Positions 1 through 9,199 of a stretch of DNA of 64,000 nucleotides are shown here, one piece after another. The notes beneath the pieces are model-generated. The model made no database searches. It had not been told where the DNA came from and saw only the letters and a list, made by a program, of their open reading frames with translations. Positions within the stretch are counted from its first letter, which is position 1; every line of letters begins with the position of its first letter. Location: NCBI GenBank assembly GCA_028868715.1, contig JAGWUB010000001.1:183206-247205 (forward strand), given 5' to 3'. Origin of the DNA: Patescibacteria group bacterium. GTDB lineage: Bacteria > Patescibacteriota > Minisyncoccia > Phycocordibacterales > UBA9973. The position numbers and the translations under genes were made by a program.

Positions 1-571
1 TTCAATTGGGCCATCAGTCGGTCGTGAGCTTACTCGAAAAGCAATTTTGGCTATTATTTTAATTTCTCTGGCGATAATCCTTTTTATTGCTTTCGCTTTT
101 AGAAAAGTTTCCAAACAAGTTTCATCTTGGAAGTATGGAGTTATTGCTATAATTACCCTTTTACATGATGTGACTATACCGATCGGGCTATTCATCGTCC
201 TCTCTCACTTTTATGGAGCCGAATTGGACACTCTGTTTGTGGTGGCCGTGCTTACTATCCTCGGTCTTTCGGTTTCAGACACGATAGTTATCTTTGATCG
301 AATTAGAGAAAATTTAAGAAACCTACCAACAAACTCCGATGTGAATTTTAGTGAAATAGTTGGTAAAAGTTTAGAGCAATCTTATGTGCGTTCTATCTGT
401 ACATCCTTGACTGTCATTATTGTGCTACTTGTCTTGTTCTTTTTCGGCCCAGCGACTACAAAATATTTTGCTTTGATGTTGACGACCGGAATGTTCTTCG
501 GCACGTACTCTTCAATCTTCCTAGCTTCACCACTTTTGGTGTGGGTAGAAGAATGGCAAAAAAAGAGCTAG
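1..571 (+). CDS. secF: Protein translocase subunit SecF (5'-partial)
   Basis: Frame is open from the window start (SIGPSVGREL...). SecF motifs HDV, GLSVSDTIVIFDRIREN, GTYSSIFLASPLL. Confidence 0.95.
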   Translation, partial: SIGPSVGRELTRKAILAIILISLAIILFIAFAFRKVSKQVSSWKYGVIAIITLLHDVTIPIGLFIVLSHFYGAELDTLFVVAVLTILGLSVSDTIVIFDRIRENLRNLPTNSDVNFSEIVGKSLEQSYVRSICTSLTVIIVLLVLFFFGPATTKYFALMLTTGMFFGTYSSIFLASPLLVWVEEWQKKS

Positions 572-604
572 TATTTTTCACTTTTTTGTGGTACAATATA
601 ACAC

Positions 605-1153
605 ATGAAATACATTTTTATTATTTTAGGTGTCTTGGTTTTGTGGGTAGTCTTTATTTATAATAGTTTTGTTACGTTGGTTAATCGCACTAAGGAAGCT
701 TGGGCAGATATTGAAGTGCAATTAAAAAGGAGATATGATTTGATCCCAAATTTAGTAAACACTGTAAAAGGGTATGCCGCACATGAATCTAGTGCTTTTG
801 AAAATGTAACTAAGGCTCGAGCTATGGCTTTGGGTGCTTCGGGCGTAGCTGAAAAAGGGCAGGCAGAAAATATGCTAACTGGCGCGCTCAAATCCGTATT
901 TGCAATTGCTGAAGCTTATCCAGAATTAAAAGCTAACCAAAATTTTCTAGCTTTACAACAAGAGCTCTCTGATACAGAAAATAAAATTCAATCAGCTCGC
1001 AGGTTTTATAATGGCAATGTTCGTGATTTAAACATAAAAATGGAATCTTTTCCTGCAAACATTCTCGCAAGTATTTTTCATTTCTCTAAAATGGAATTCT
1101 TTGATCTCGCAGAAGGTGATGCTGCCCAAAATCCCGTAGCAGTAAAGTTTTAA
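605..1153 (+). CDS. lemA: LemA family protein
   Basis: N-terminal TM, then YN...AWADIEVQLKRRYDLIPNLV and AEAYPELKA. Adjacent to htpX. Confidence 0.95.
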   Translation: MKYIFIILGVLVLWVVFIYNSFVTLVNRTKEAWADIEVQLKRRYDLIPNLVNTVKGYAAHESSAFENVTKARAMALGASGVAEKGQAENMLTGALKSVFAIAEAYPELKANQNFLALQQELSDTENKIQSARRFYNGNVRDLNIKMESFPANILASIFHFSKMEFFDLAEGDAAQNPVAVKF

Positions 1154-2040
1154 TGGCTAGTTTATATACACAACAATCGAAAAATGTTACAAAAACTTGG
1201 TTGCTAATGACCGTGTTTTTTGTGGTTATTATTTTATTTGGTTGGTTCTTTAGCTTTTATTACGGCAATCCAAACATTCTATATTTCTTTGTTATCTTTA
1301 GCATTTTAATGAATATCTTTTCCTACTGGTTTTCAGATAAAATTGTACTCAAGCTCGCCGGCGCCAAAGAGGCCAAAAGGGAAGAGTACTTTGACCTATA
1401 TACCAGCGTAGAGAATCTTTCTATTACGGCTGGCCTGCCAATGCCAAAAGTTTACGTGGTGCAAGATGAGGCGCCAAATGCCTTTGCGACTGGGAGAGAT
1501 AAAAATCACGCAGTGGTTTGCGCCACTACTGGGCTCTTAGCAATTTTAGATAAAACAGAGCTAGAAGGTGTGCTGGCACACGAACTTTCCCATATTGGCA
1601 ATCGTGATATGTTGCTTTCCACTGTCGTCGTAGTTTTAGTTGGCTTTATTACTATCCTGGCGGATGTATTCACCCGCAGTTTATTTTTTGGTGGCAACTC
1701 GAGAGATAGAGAAAATAACGGGGGAGCTATATTAATGATTGTTGGAATTATTCTTTCAATTTTAGCGCCAATCTTTGCTATGCTTATCCAGCTCGCAATT
1801 TCTAGAAAGCGTGAATTTTTGGCGGATGCTTCTGGGGCACTACTTACTAGGTATCCAGAAGGACTCGCCAACGCGCTCAAAAAAATAGGACAGTACTCAC
1901 AACCAATGGTGCGTCAATCGACAGCGATTGCTCACCTTTATATTGCTGATCCCAAAGGATCAAATCTCGGTAAAAAAATCAGTGGCCTTTTTGCGACCCA
2001 TCCACCGATAGAGGAAAGAATCAAGGCTCTAATTGGTTAA
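1153..2040 (+). CDS. htpX: Zinc metalloprotease HtpX (M48)
   Basis: PNAFATGR, HELSH zinc motif, SRKREFLAD, THPP. Confidence 0.95.
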   Translation: MASLYTQQSKNVTKTWLLMTVFFVVIILFGWFFSFYYGNPNILYFFVIFSILMNIFSYWFSDKIVLKLAGAKEAKREEYFDLYTSVENLSITAGLPMPKVYVVQDEAPNAFATGRDKNHAVVCATTGLLAILDKTELEGVLAHELSHIGNRDMLLSTVVVVLVGFITILADVFTRSLFFGGNSRDRENNGGAILMIVGIILSILAPIFAMLIQLAISRKREFLADASGALLTRYPEGLANALKKIGQYSQPMVRQSTAIAHLYIADPKGSNLGKKISGLFATHPPIEERIKALIG

Positions 2041-2077
2041 ATAGAAATTTTCTCCTTAGTTTGCTATACTTTCTCGT

Positions 2078-2350
2078 ATGGATATTAAAGACGTAGAGAA
2101 GCTGGCGGAGCTGGCGAGAATTGAGCTTTCTGCTCCCGAAAAAGAGTCAATGCTTCATGACATGAAGGGCATTTTGGACTATGTGAAAGTCATAGAATCA
2201 GTTGAAGTTGAGGATATATTGCCAGATTATAAATTACACAATGTATGGCGAGAAGATAAACATATACCAAGAGAATTCTCCCATGATTCTATAATAGAAC
2301 AATTTCCAGATTCGCAGGATGGATTTTTGAAAGTAAAAAAGATCTTATGA
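2078..2350 (+). CDS. gatC: Asp/Glu-tRNA amidotransferase subunit C
   Basis: VEKLAELARIEL start, REDK...FLKVKKIL end. Overlaps gatA. Confidence 0.92.
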   Translation: MDIKDVEKLAELARIELSAPEKESMLHDMKGILDYVKVIESVEVEDILPDYKLHNVWREDKHIPREFSHDSIIEQFPDSQDGFLKVKKIL

Positions 2351-3762
2351 TTGATTTAAAAAAGTTAACAATTGAAAAAGCGCACCAGAGTCTTTTAAAT
2401 GGAGAATTTACTTGCCGAGAACTGACAGCAGCGTATCTGGAAGCTATCGATAAAAAAAATCCTGAACTGAATGCTTACCTAGAAATTTTTAATGATGCTC
2501 TTCTGCAGGCCGATCTTGCCGATAAAAAATTTAAAGACAAAACTGCCACCCTGCTTACCGGCATACCTTTTGCTATTAAGGACAACATTTTAATACAAGG
2601 TAATATTGCTTCGGCTGGTTCAAAAATTTTAGAAAATTATAAGGCGAGCTATGATGCGACGGTTATCAAAGATTTAAAAAAAGCTGGAGTAGTATTTTTA
2701 GGGCGCACAAATATGGATGAATTCGCCATGGGTTCTTCTACTCAAACTTCTGCCTATGGAGTGACTCGTAACCCCATAGATACTTCTAGAGTCCCTGGAG
2801 GGTCCTCTGGTGGTTCTGCAGCGGCGCTAGCCGGAGATATTGCTTTGGCTGCTCTAGGGACTGAGACCTGTGGTTCGGTTCGTGAACCTTCAGCCTTTTG
2901 TGGATTAGTCGGATTAAAGCCTACCTATGGAGCAGTTTCTAGGCATGGAATAATTGCTATGGGGAATTCTCTTGATCAGGTTTCTCCATTTGGAAAAGAC
3001 GTGCGGGATACCGAAATAATTTTTGATCTCTTGTCTCGACACGATGAAGAAGATAGTACTTCAGTTCCGGAAGATTTGCGTAAGGTAACAAATAAAACAA
3101 ATTCTAAAAAGATCGGTGTGCCTTGGCATCTCTTCTCCGAGGGAGTGGATAAAGAAGTAGCAGAGAATTTTAAAGAGTCCATAGAAAAACTCAAAAAAGC
3201 TGGGTATGAAATAGTGGATATAGAAATTCCATATTCAAAATATTCCTTGGCAGCATACTATATAATAATGCCAGCAGAAGTTTCTACAAACCTAGCTCGC
3301 TTTGATGGAATTCGCTATGGCTTTAGTTCTCCAGGGAAGGATTTAATGGAAGTTTATAAAAGTAGTCGAGCCAAAGGTTTTGGCAAGGAGGCTCGCCGAC
3401 GTATCTTGCTCGGTACCTATGTACTTTCTCATGGATATTATGACGCCTATTACAACAAGGCTATAAAAGTAAGAGAAAAAATAAAAGCTGAAATTATGAC
3501 TGCCTTCCAAAATGTTGATTATATTCTTACCCCGACGGTGCCAATGACAGCATTTAAGCTGGGTGAAAAAATGGATAACCCGGTGTCTATGTATCTGTGC
3601 GATATATTTTCGGCTCCAGCCAATTTGTCTGGAGTGCCCTCTATTGCTCTGCCTTCAGGCCGGTCAACCGAAGGCCTACCTTTCTCGATCCAGTTTATGG
3701 CACCACATTTTCGTGAGGATCTGCTATTTGAGATTGGTAAAAAATTTGAGGAAATTCAATAA
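2347..3762 (+). CDS. gatA: Asp/Glu-tRNA amidotransferase subunit A
   Basis: Amidase signature KDNI, NMDEFAMGSS, PGGSSGGSAAA, RRRILLGTYVLS. Confidence 0.97.
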   Translation: MIDLKKLTIEKAHQSLLNGEFTCRELTAAYLEAIDKKNPELNAYLEIFNDALLQADLADKKFKDKTATLLTGIPFAIKDNILIQGNIASAGSKILENYKASYDATVIKDLKKAGVVFLGRTNMDEFAMGSSTQTSAYGVTRNPIDTSRVPGGSSGGSAAALAGDIALAALGTETCGSVREPSAFCGLVGLKPTYGAVSRHGIIAMGNSLDQVSPFGKDVRDTEIIFDLLSRHDEEDSTSVPEDLRKVTNKTNSKKIGVPWHLFSEGVDKEVAENFKESIEKLKKAGYEIVDIEIPYSKYSLAAYYIIMPAEVSTNLARFDGIRYGFSSPGKDLMEVYKSSRAKGFGKEARRRILLGTYVLSHGYYDAYYNKAIKVREKIKAEIMTAFQNVDYILTPTVPMTAFKLGEKMDNPVSMYLCDIFSAPANLSGVPSIALPSGRSTEGLPFSIQFMAPHFREDLLFEIGKKFEEIQ

Positions 3763-3799
3763 AACAAAGAGAAATAAAGCTGTGTTATACTAATAGAAC

Positions 3800-4447
3800 A
3801 TGAATCCACCACAAACGTTTGATCAAAATAATATACTCCAAGGTACATTTTTGGGTTCAAAATATTTCAATCCATTTTATTTATTTGATCAAGGATATTT
3901 ATTTTTTCAGAATCTCTATTATATTATCACTAGCAATCAAGTTAGAAATCTTTATTACTTTATTATTTTTTTGCTGGCAACATTTTTTCTAACATTGATT
4001 ATCTATTGCATAATTAGATTATTTGAAATCAGGAAAAAAGAGCAAGCGCACTTGGAGCATGAGATTGCGGAATATGCTCACCACAAAGCTGAACGTGAGA
4101 AAAAAATGCAGGCAGGGGAAGGGGGAGTGTCTGACAATCCTAGATGGATGGAGACTTTAAATTATCTTTTCTCAAATAATCCAAGTGACTGGAAGCTCGC
4201 CATTATGGAAGCTGATTCAATGCTTGATAGTTTATTGGACCAACTAGGGTTCAGAGGTGAGAATCTCGGCGAAAAATTAAAGTCGGCTACGCAAGATAAG
4301 TTTCGAAATTTAAGTGCCGCATGGGAAGTACACACGATAAGAAACAGAATAGCCCACGAAGGCCTATCTTATGAAATATCGCAACATGAAGCCAAGAGAG
4401 TGATTGCTCTGTATGAGAGAATCTTTCGAGATTATGGTTTTATTTAG
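3800..4447 (+). CDS. Membrane-anchored hypothetical protein with HEPN-like Rx4H motif
   Basis: One TM segment, then a helical domain with AIMEADSMLD and RNRIAH. Confidence 0.6.
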   Translation: MNPPQTFDQNNILQGTFLGSKYFNPFYLFDQGYLFFQNLYYIITSNQVRNLYYFIIFLLATFFLTLIIYCIIRLFEIRKKEQAHLEHEIAEYAHHKAEREKKMQAGEGGVSDNPRWMETLNYLFSNNPSDWKLAIMEADSMLDSLLDQLGFRGENLGEKLKSATQDKFRNLSAAWEVHTIRNRIAHEGLSYEISQHEAKRVIALYERIFRDYGFI

Positions 4448-4476
4448 TTACTTTGTTGCCAAGGGCAGACCATAGA

Positions 4477-4507
4477 GCCGAATCGAACGGCCGTCTTAAG
4501 GTTATGA
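4477..4507 (-). repeat. 31-bp exact duplicate of the tRNA-Met anticodon-loop-to-T-arm segment
   Basis: GCCGAATCGAACGGCCGTCTTAAGGTTATGA at 4477-4507 and 4524-4554. Confidence 0.9.
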
Positions 4508-4514
4508 ATTATTG

Positions 4515-4585
4515 TTGCGGGAGGCCGAATCGAACGGCCGTCTTAAGGTTATGAGCCTTACGAGATACCTCTTCTCCATCCCGCT
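4515..4585 (-). tRNA. tRNA-Met(CAT), probably initiator fMet
   Basis: Cloverleaf AGCGGGA..TAAGG-CTCATAA-CCTTA..GGCCG-TTCGATT-CGGCC-TCCCGCA-A. The 1:72 mismatch and A11:U24 are initiator hallmarks. CCA is not encoded. Confidence 0.9.
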
Positions 4586-4645
4586 ACGTTAGGCGTATAT
4601 TACCTCAATTTTGATTAAAAATCAAGTTTAATATATAATTGCGTC

Positions 4646-4879
4646 ATGAGTATATTTATCTCAATTTTGATTATCGTTGCTTCGATTTGTTTGATCATAG
4701 TGTCTATCCTGTTAATCACAGTCCTACTGTATATTTTAGCTCTTATTTTTACCTTGAAAGGTATTTTAGAAAAAATGGAAAAAAATATTGGTTTTGCGAC
4801 TAAAACAGCCTTAAAAACTTTTTCTGAAATAAAAAATAGCCGAGCAGTCAGATTTCTTCTAAATAAGAAAAAGAAGTGA
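4646..4879 (+). CDS. Small membrane protein
   Basis: Long hydrophobic N-terminus. TATAAT lies 6 nt upstream of the ATG. Confidence 0.6.
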   Translation: MSIFISILIIVASICLIIVSILLITVLLYILALIFTLKGILEKMEKNIGFATKTALKTFSEIKNSRAVRFLLNKKKK

Positions 4880-4902
4880 ATAAATATTAAAACTATAAAT
4901 CT

Positions 4903-4991
4903 TGGCGGAGAGAGCGAGATTCGAACTCGCGGTCCTTTTAAGGGACGACAGTTTAGTAAACTGTTGGTTTAAGCCACTCACCCATCTCTCC
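4903..4991 (-). tRNA. tRNA-Ser with anticodon ACT
   Basis: GGAGAGA acceptor, ACAGT-TTACTAA-ACTGT anticodon arm, long variable arm, GTTCGAATC T-loop, G73, encoded CCA. Confidence 0.9.
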
Positions 4992-5009
4992 GTATCACTT
5001 GAAAGTATA

Positions 5010-5372
5010 TTAATTTTGCTTTTTTAGCAAGTCTCGTATTTCGATGAGCAATTTTTCTTGTCGGGTAAAATTTTGGACTTTATCGTCAACTTTACGAAAA
5101 GTATTTACAAATTTAACCAAGAGGAAAATACAGAAAGCAATAATAACAAAGTCGAGCGCGGCGCTAATAAAATTACCAATATTCAGCTGCCATAATTTAA
5201 GGTTACTAAATTCACTACCCTTCATAATCGGTTTTAGGGATGCGAGGACAATATCGTTTACAAATGAAGTGATAATTTTTTGAAAAGCCCCACCGATAAC
5301 AATACCGACAGCGAGGTCGATAACGTTGCCGTGCATTACAAACTCTTTAAATTCCTTAATAAAATTTTTCAT
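5010..5372 (-). CDS. mscL: Large-conductance mechanosensitive channel
   Basis: FIKEFKEF..GNVIDLAVGIVIGGAF; C-terminal LLIEIRDLL. Confidence 0.96.
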   Translation of the reverse strand: MKNFIKEFKEFVMHGNVIDLAVGIVIGGAFQKIITSFVNDIVLASLKPIMKGSEFSNLKLWQLNIGNFISAALDFVIIAFCIFLLVKFVNTFRKVDDKVQNFTRQEKLLIEIRDLLKKQN

Positions 5373-5464
5373 AAGCCTATTTTAGCGTATTTTTATATTT
5401 TAGTCACTATCATGAAAAAACGCAGGAAATATGTTAAAGTAGTTAGGTTATTTAGGTAACAAAT

Positions 5465-5553
5465 GGAGCCGTGTCAGAGTGGTCTAACGTACCTCTTTGC
5501 TAAAGAGGCAGGGGCTTCAAAACCCCTCGACGGTTCGAATCCGTCCGGCTCCG
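5465..5553 (+). tRNA. tRNA-Ser(GCT)
   Basis: GGAGCCG/CGGCTCC acceptor, CCTCT-TTGCTAA-AGAGG anticodon arm, long variable arm, GGTTCGAATCC, G73. Confidence 0.93.
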
Positions 5554-5602
5554 CACCAGTTTTAGTCTTGAAAAAGCTCCATTTTTTTGTTATAATGGCG
5601 TT

Positions 5603-5743
5603 ATGAACGCTAATAATAAAGATAATCAAGACGACGAGAATAGGACCAACAATCAAAACAATACTAGCGCCAATAACAAAAAAAACCCTAGTACTGGAAA
5701 TTACGAAGAAGAAGAGGAGGAGAAGGCTAAAACCGAAGAATAA
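5603..5743 (+). CDS. Putative 46-aa Asn/Glu-rich small protein leading the ABC operon
   Basis: MNANNKDNQDDENRTNNQNNTSANNKKNPSTGNYEEEEEEKAKTEE*. TGTTATAAT ends 6 nt before the ATG, and the stop is 4 nt before the next ATG. Confidence 0.5.
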   Translation: MNANNKDNQDDENRTNNQNNTSANNKKNPSTGNYEEEEEEKAKTEE

Positions 5744-5747
5744 TTTT

Positions 5748-7196
5748 ATGTCAAAATTTACGAATAAAATACCAAAATTTTTAAAATCCAAGTGGGTGCT
5801 TGGAGCAATTGGGCTGGTCATCCTTGTTATCGGTACCTATTTTGTTTTTTTTCACAAAACTATCAAATATCAATTTATAACCGTAAATCAAGGATCTATT
5901 ACTGAATCAGTATCTCTAACAGGTAACACCACTCCTTCGCAAAGTGTGTCTTTGGCTTTTGGAAGTAGTGGAATTATCTCTAATATATATTCTTCACTTG
6001 GAAAACAAGTTCAAAAAGGACAAGTATTAGCCGAGCTTAATATGAAGGATTTAATGGCTCAATTACACAATGCCCAAGCAGGCCTTACAATCGCCAAACA
6101 AAATGCAAATACTACAGAAAGCAATCTTGTTAATATTACCGCTGAGCAAGATGCAATTGTTGCAAGTGCGCGACAAAGTTTATATGGTAATTTTGTCGCG
6201 GCGCTTTCTGGGAATGTATCTACCTCAAATGTCGCACCGACTATTTCTGGTTCGTATACTGGAACGGTTGATGGGTCATATATTGTTCAAGTTTATTCTT
6301 CAAATTCATCAAACGGTGGTTCACTTAGTTATTCTGGATTAGAGTCTGGCACTGCGTCACTCAGCACAAATACTGCAGTACCACTAGGCACTCATGGACT
6401 TTTTATAAGTTTCCCCACATCCGCCCCGATAGGTACTTACGTCAATACCACCTGGACAGTTAATGTTCCCAATACCAGCTGGAATGGATATGCATCTGCT
6501 TTAAAGAATTATCAAACTGCATTACAGACTCGGGATAAAGTTATCGCCACCGCACAAGCCAACATAGGCACGACTGATTCGTCTGTTGTGCAAGCACAAA
6601 TTGAGCAAGCCCAAGCTAGTGTTGAAAGCGTGCAAGCCAAAATACAAAATTCACAAATTATCGCACCTATTACTGGTACCATTACTCAATTTGATGCAAA
6701 AGTTGGACAGCTTGCCTCACCAAGTACACCACTTGTTTCGATTATATCCAATAATAATTATGAGATAGATGCTGGGGTCTCTGAAACCGATGTTGGGAAA
6801 ATTTTAGTTGGCAATAAGGCTACCATAACCCTCGATGCATTTCCAAATGAAACCTTTACCGGATCGGTATTTTATATAGCCCCAGCAGAAAGTAATGTTC
6901 AAGGAGTAGTAAATTATCAAACAAAAATTTCATTCGATAAACTGGACCCTAGATTAAAGAGTGGTCTTACTGCAAATATAAATATACAAACAAGGCATAA
7001 AGATAACATTTTAATCCTTCCTCAGTATGCTATTTTGCAAAATGATCAAGGTACATTTGTGGAAACACTTGAAAATAATAAAGTTAAACAAAACCCAGTA
7101 ACTTTAGGTATCTCAGATGAAAAGGGTAATGTGGAGGTCATCTCTGGGGTAACCAAAGGTGAACAAGTTTTAAATATTGGACTTAAGGTAAAATGA
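5748..7196 (+). CDS. MacA-like efflux adaptor (membrane fusion protein)
   Basis: N-terminal TM, lipoyl/barrel motifs (GKQVQKGQVLAEL, IIAPITGTI, LKSGLTANI, VEVISGV). Confidence 0.9.
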   Translation: MSKFTNKIPKFLKSKWVLGAIGLVILVIGTYFVFFHKTIKYQFITVNQGSITESVSLTGNTTPSQSVSLAFGSSGIISNIYSSLGKQVQKGQVLAELNMKDLMAQLHNAQAGLTIAKQNANTTESNLVNITAEQDAIVASARQSLYGNFVAALSGNVSTSNVAPTISGSYTGTVDGSYIVQVYSSNSSNGGSLSYSGLESGTASLSTNTAVPLGTHGLFISFPTSAPIGTYVNTTWTVNVPNTSWNGYASALKNYQTALQTRDKVIATAQANIGTTDSSVVQAQIEQAQASVESVQAKIQNSQIIAPITGTITQFDAKVGQLASPSTPLVSIISNNNYEIDAGVSETDVGKILVGNKATITLDAFPNETFTGSVFYIAPAESNVQGVVNYQTKISFDKLDPRLKSGLTANINIQTRHKDNILILPQYAILQNDQGTFVETLENNKVKQNPVTLGISDEKGNVEVISGVTKGEQVLNIGLKVK

Positions 7197-7903
7197 TTGA
7201 GATCAATCATCTAACAAAAGAATATATTCTGGAGGAGGAAGTGCCGACCAAAGCTTTGCGTGGCGTAACTCTCTCAATTCAAAAAGGGGAATTTGTTTCC
7301 ATTATGGGTCCCTCTGGTTCTGGTAAATCGACACTTCTGCATATCATGAGTTTTTTAGATAGACCTACAGCAGGATCGTATAAATTCCAAGGGAAAAGCA
7401 TTGATGAGATGACTGACCAAGAACTGGCCCATGTTCGCAACTCAGACATGGGTTTTGTATTTCAATCATTCAATTTACTTTCTCGCTTAACGGTATATGA
7501 TAACGTAGAAATACCACTTCTGTATTCTAACGTTCCACCAACAAAACGTAAAAAACTTGTAGAAGACGCGATCAAGTCAGTGGGTCTCGAAGAAAAAACT
7601 TATATCGAGGCTGGCAAACTCTCTGGGGGACAGAAGCAACGCGTAGCTATTGCTCGAGCACTAGTGGTGGATCCTAATGTTATTTTTGCCGATGAACCTA
7701 CTGGAAACCTTGATTCACAATCAGGATTACAGGTTATGGAAATACTTGAATCACTTAATGCTAAGGGGCGTACAGTCATACTGGTTACTCACGAAACTCA
7801 AACTGCCGAATTTGCGAACCGCATAATTAAAATAAAAGATGGAGTGGTCGAAAGTGATAAAATAATTACGGCCAAACGTCAGCCTGCTGGCAATTTAAAA
7901 TAA
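7193..7903 (+). CDS. ABC transporter ATP-binding protein (MacB/LolD type)
   Basis: [33 protein letters not shown]. Confidence 0.96.
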   Translation: MIEINHLTKEYILEEEVPTKALRGVTLSIQKGEFVSIMGPSGSGKSTLLHIMSFLDRPTAGSYKFQGKSIDEMTDQELAHVRNSDMGFVFQSFNLLSRLTVYDNVEIPLLYSNVPPTKRKKLVEDAIKSVGLEEKTYIEAGKLSGGQKQRVAIARALVVDPNVIFADEPTGNLDSQSGLQVMEILESLNAKGRTVILVTHETQTAEFANRIIKIKDGVVESDKIITAKRQPAGNLK

Positions 7904-7904
7904 T

Positions 7905-9155
7905 ATGCTTTTTAGAGATGCTTTTAAAACCTCAATCAGAAGTTTAACACATGGAAAAATGCGTTCTATTTTAACCATGCTAGGTGTTGTTATCGGTATA
8001 GCTTCAGTAATTATCCTTATGTCAATTGGACAATCAGCCCAAAATTTAATTTTGGGTCAAGTGCAAAGTATTGGCTCCAATCTCATTATCATCATGCCTG
8101 GGGCACCAAGTAATGGAAAATTCTCTGCTCCAGCTTCTGCCCAAGGAGTGGTTATTACTAGTTTACAAGAAAGAGATGTCGAAGCGTTAGGGCGAGAATC
8201 TTCCGTAGATGCCGCCGCTGCGCTGGTTAGTGGGCAAGCAGAAGTAGTTTATGGGAATAATAATAAAACAGTAAGCTACCAAGGGGTGAGTGCTAATATG
8301 TTTGCCGTGCGAAATTTAACGGTAGGCAAAGGTTTTATATTTTCAAAAGGGGATGTAGATTCTGTAAATCACGTGGCAGTTATTGGGCCTGATCTTGCCA
8401 CAACTCTTTTTGGTCCTGCCCTTAACCCAATTGATAAAATAATTAGAATGAAAAATGTATCTTTTAGAGTGATCGGAGTTCTTAGTAAGGGGGGTATTGG
8501 TGCCTTTGGTGTTGATCAAGGGAACATAGTGATCATTCCAATTACTGTTGCCCAAAAACAATTACTTGGATTTTCTTATTTAAATACTATTTTAGTTCAA
8601 GCAAATGCAAGTTATGATATTGATTTTGTTAAATCACGTATAACCTTTGCCTTACGCCAGAATCATGGGATAACTGATCCAAACAAAGATGATTTTAATA
8701 TACGAACTCAAGCTGATGTTCTGTCTATCTTAGGTAGTATTACTTCTATTCTTACGTTATTTTTGGCATCCATAGCCTCTATATCTCTTGTCGTTGGCGG
8801 TATTGGTATTATGAATATAATGCTCGTCTCTGTGACTGAGAGAACTAGGGAGATAGGACTCCGTAAGGCTGTCGGCGCGACAAATGGCGATATTATAAAA
8901 CAATTTCTTATTGAGTCTGTTTTATTAACTTTTATAGGTGGTTTTGTAGGTATCACTGTCGGCGCAGGAATTGTTGGTCTTGTTTACTTTGTTCTTACAA
9001 CTTTCTTTCCTTCTTTGGGTTGGGTTTTCGCTTTTCCTATTTCATCTGTGATTTTGGGGTTGATAGTTTCCGGTATAGCCGGAATCGCTTTTGGAATCTA
9101 TCCAGCCTATCAAGCTGGTAAGAAAAATCCGATTGATGCCCTACGCTATGAATAA
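7905..9155 (+). CDS. ABC transporter permease (MacB/FtsX type)
   Basis: RSILTMLGVVIG, GGIGIMNIMLVSVTERTREIGLRKAVGA, PIDALRYE. Confidence 0.96.
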   Translation: MLFRDAFKTSIRSLTHGKMRSILTMLGVVIGIASVIILMSIGQSAQNLILGQVQSIGSNLIIIMPGAPSNGKFSAPASAQGVVITSLQERDVEALGRESSVDAAAALVSGQAEVVYGNNNKTVSYQGVSANMFAVRNLTVGKGFIFSKGDVDSVNHVAVIGPDLATTLFGPALNPIDKIIRMKNVSFRVIGVLSKGGIGAFGVDQGNIVIIPITVAQKQLLGFSYLNTILVQANASYDIDFVKSRITFALRQNHGITDPNKDDFNIRTQADVLSILGSITSILTLFLASIASISLVVGGIGIMNIMLVSVTERTREIGLRKAVGATNGDIIKQFLIESVLLTFIGGFVGITVGAGIVGLVYFVLTTFFPSLGWVFAFPISSVILGLIVSGIAGIAFGIYPAYQAGKKNPIDALRYE

Positions 9156-9199
9156 GTGTAGAATTTTAAGTCGTTGGTATTTTATGCTATAGTCTCTTT

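Noticed and set aside
5474-5821. 115-aa minus-strand ORF
   Set aside because: It is antisense to tRNA-Ser(GCT) and the adaptor gene start; a shadow ORF.
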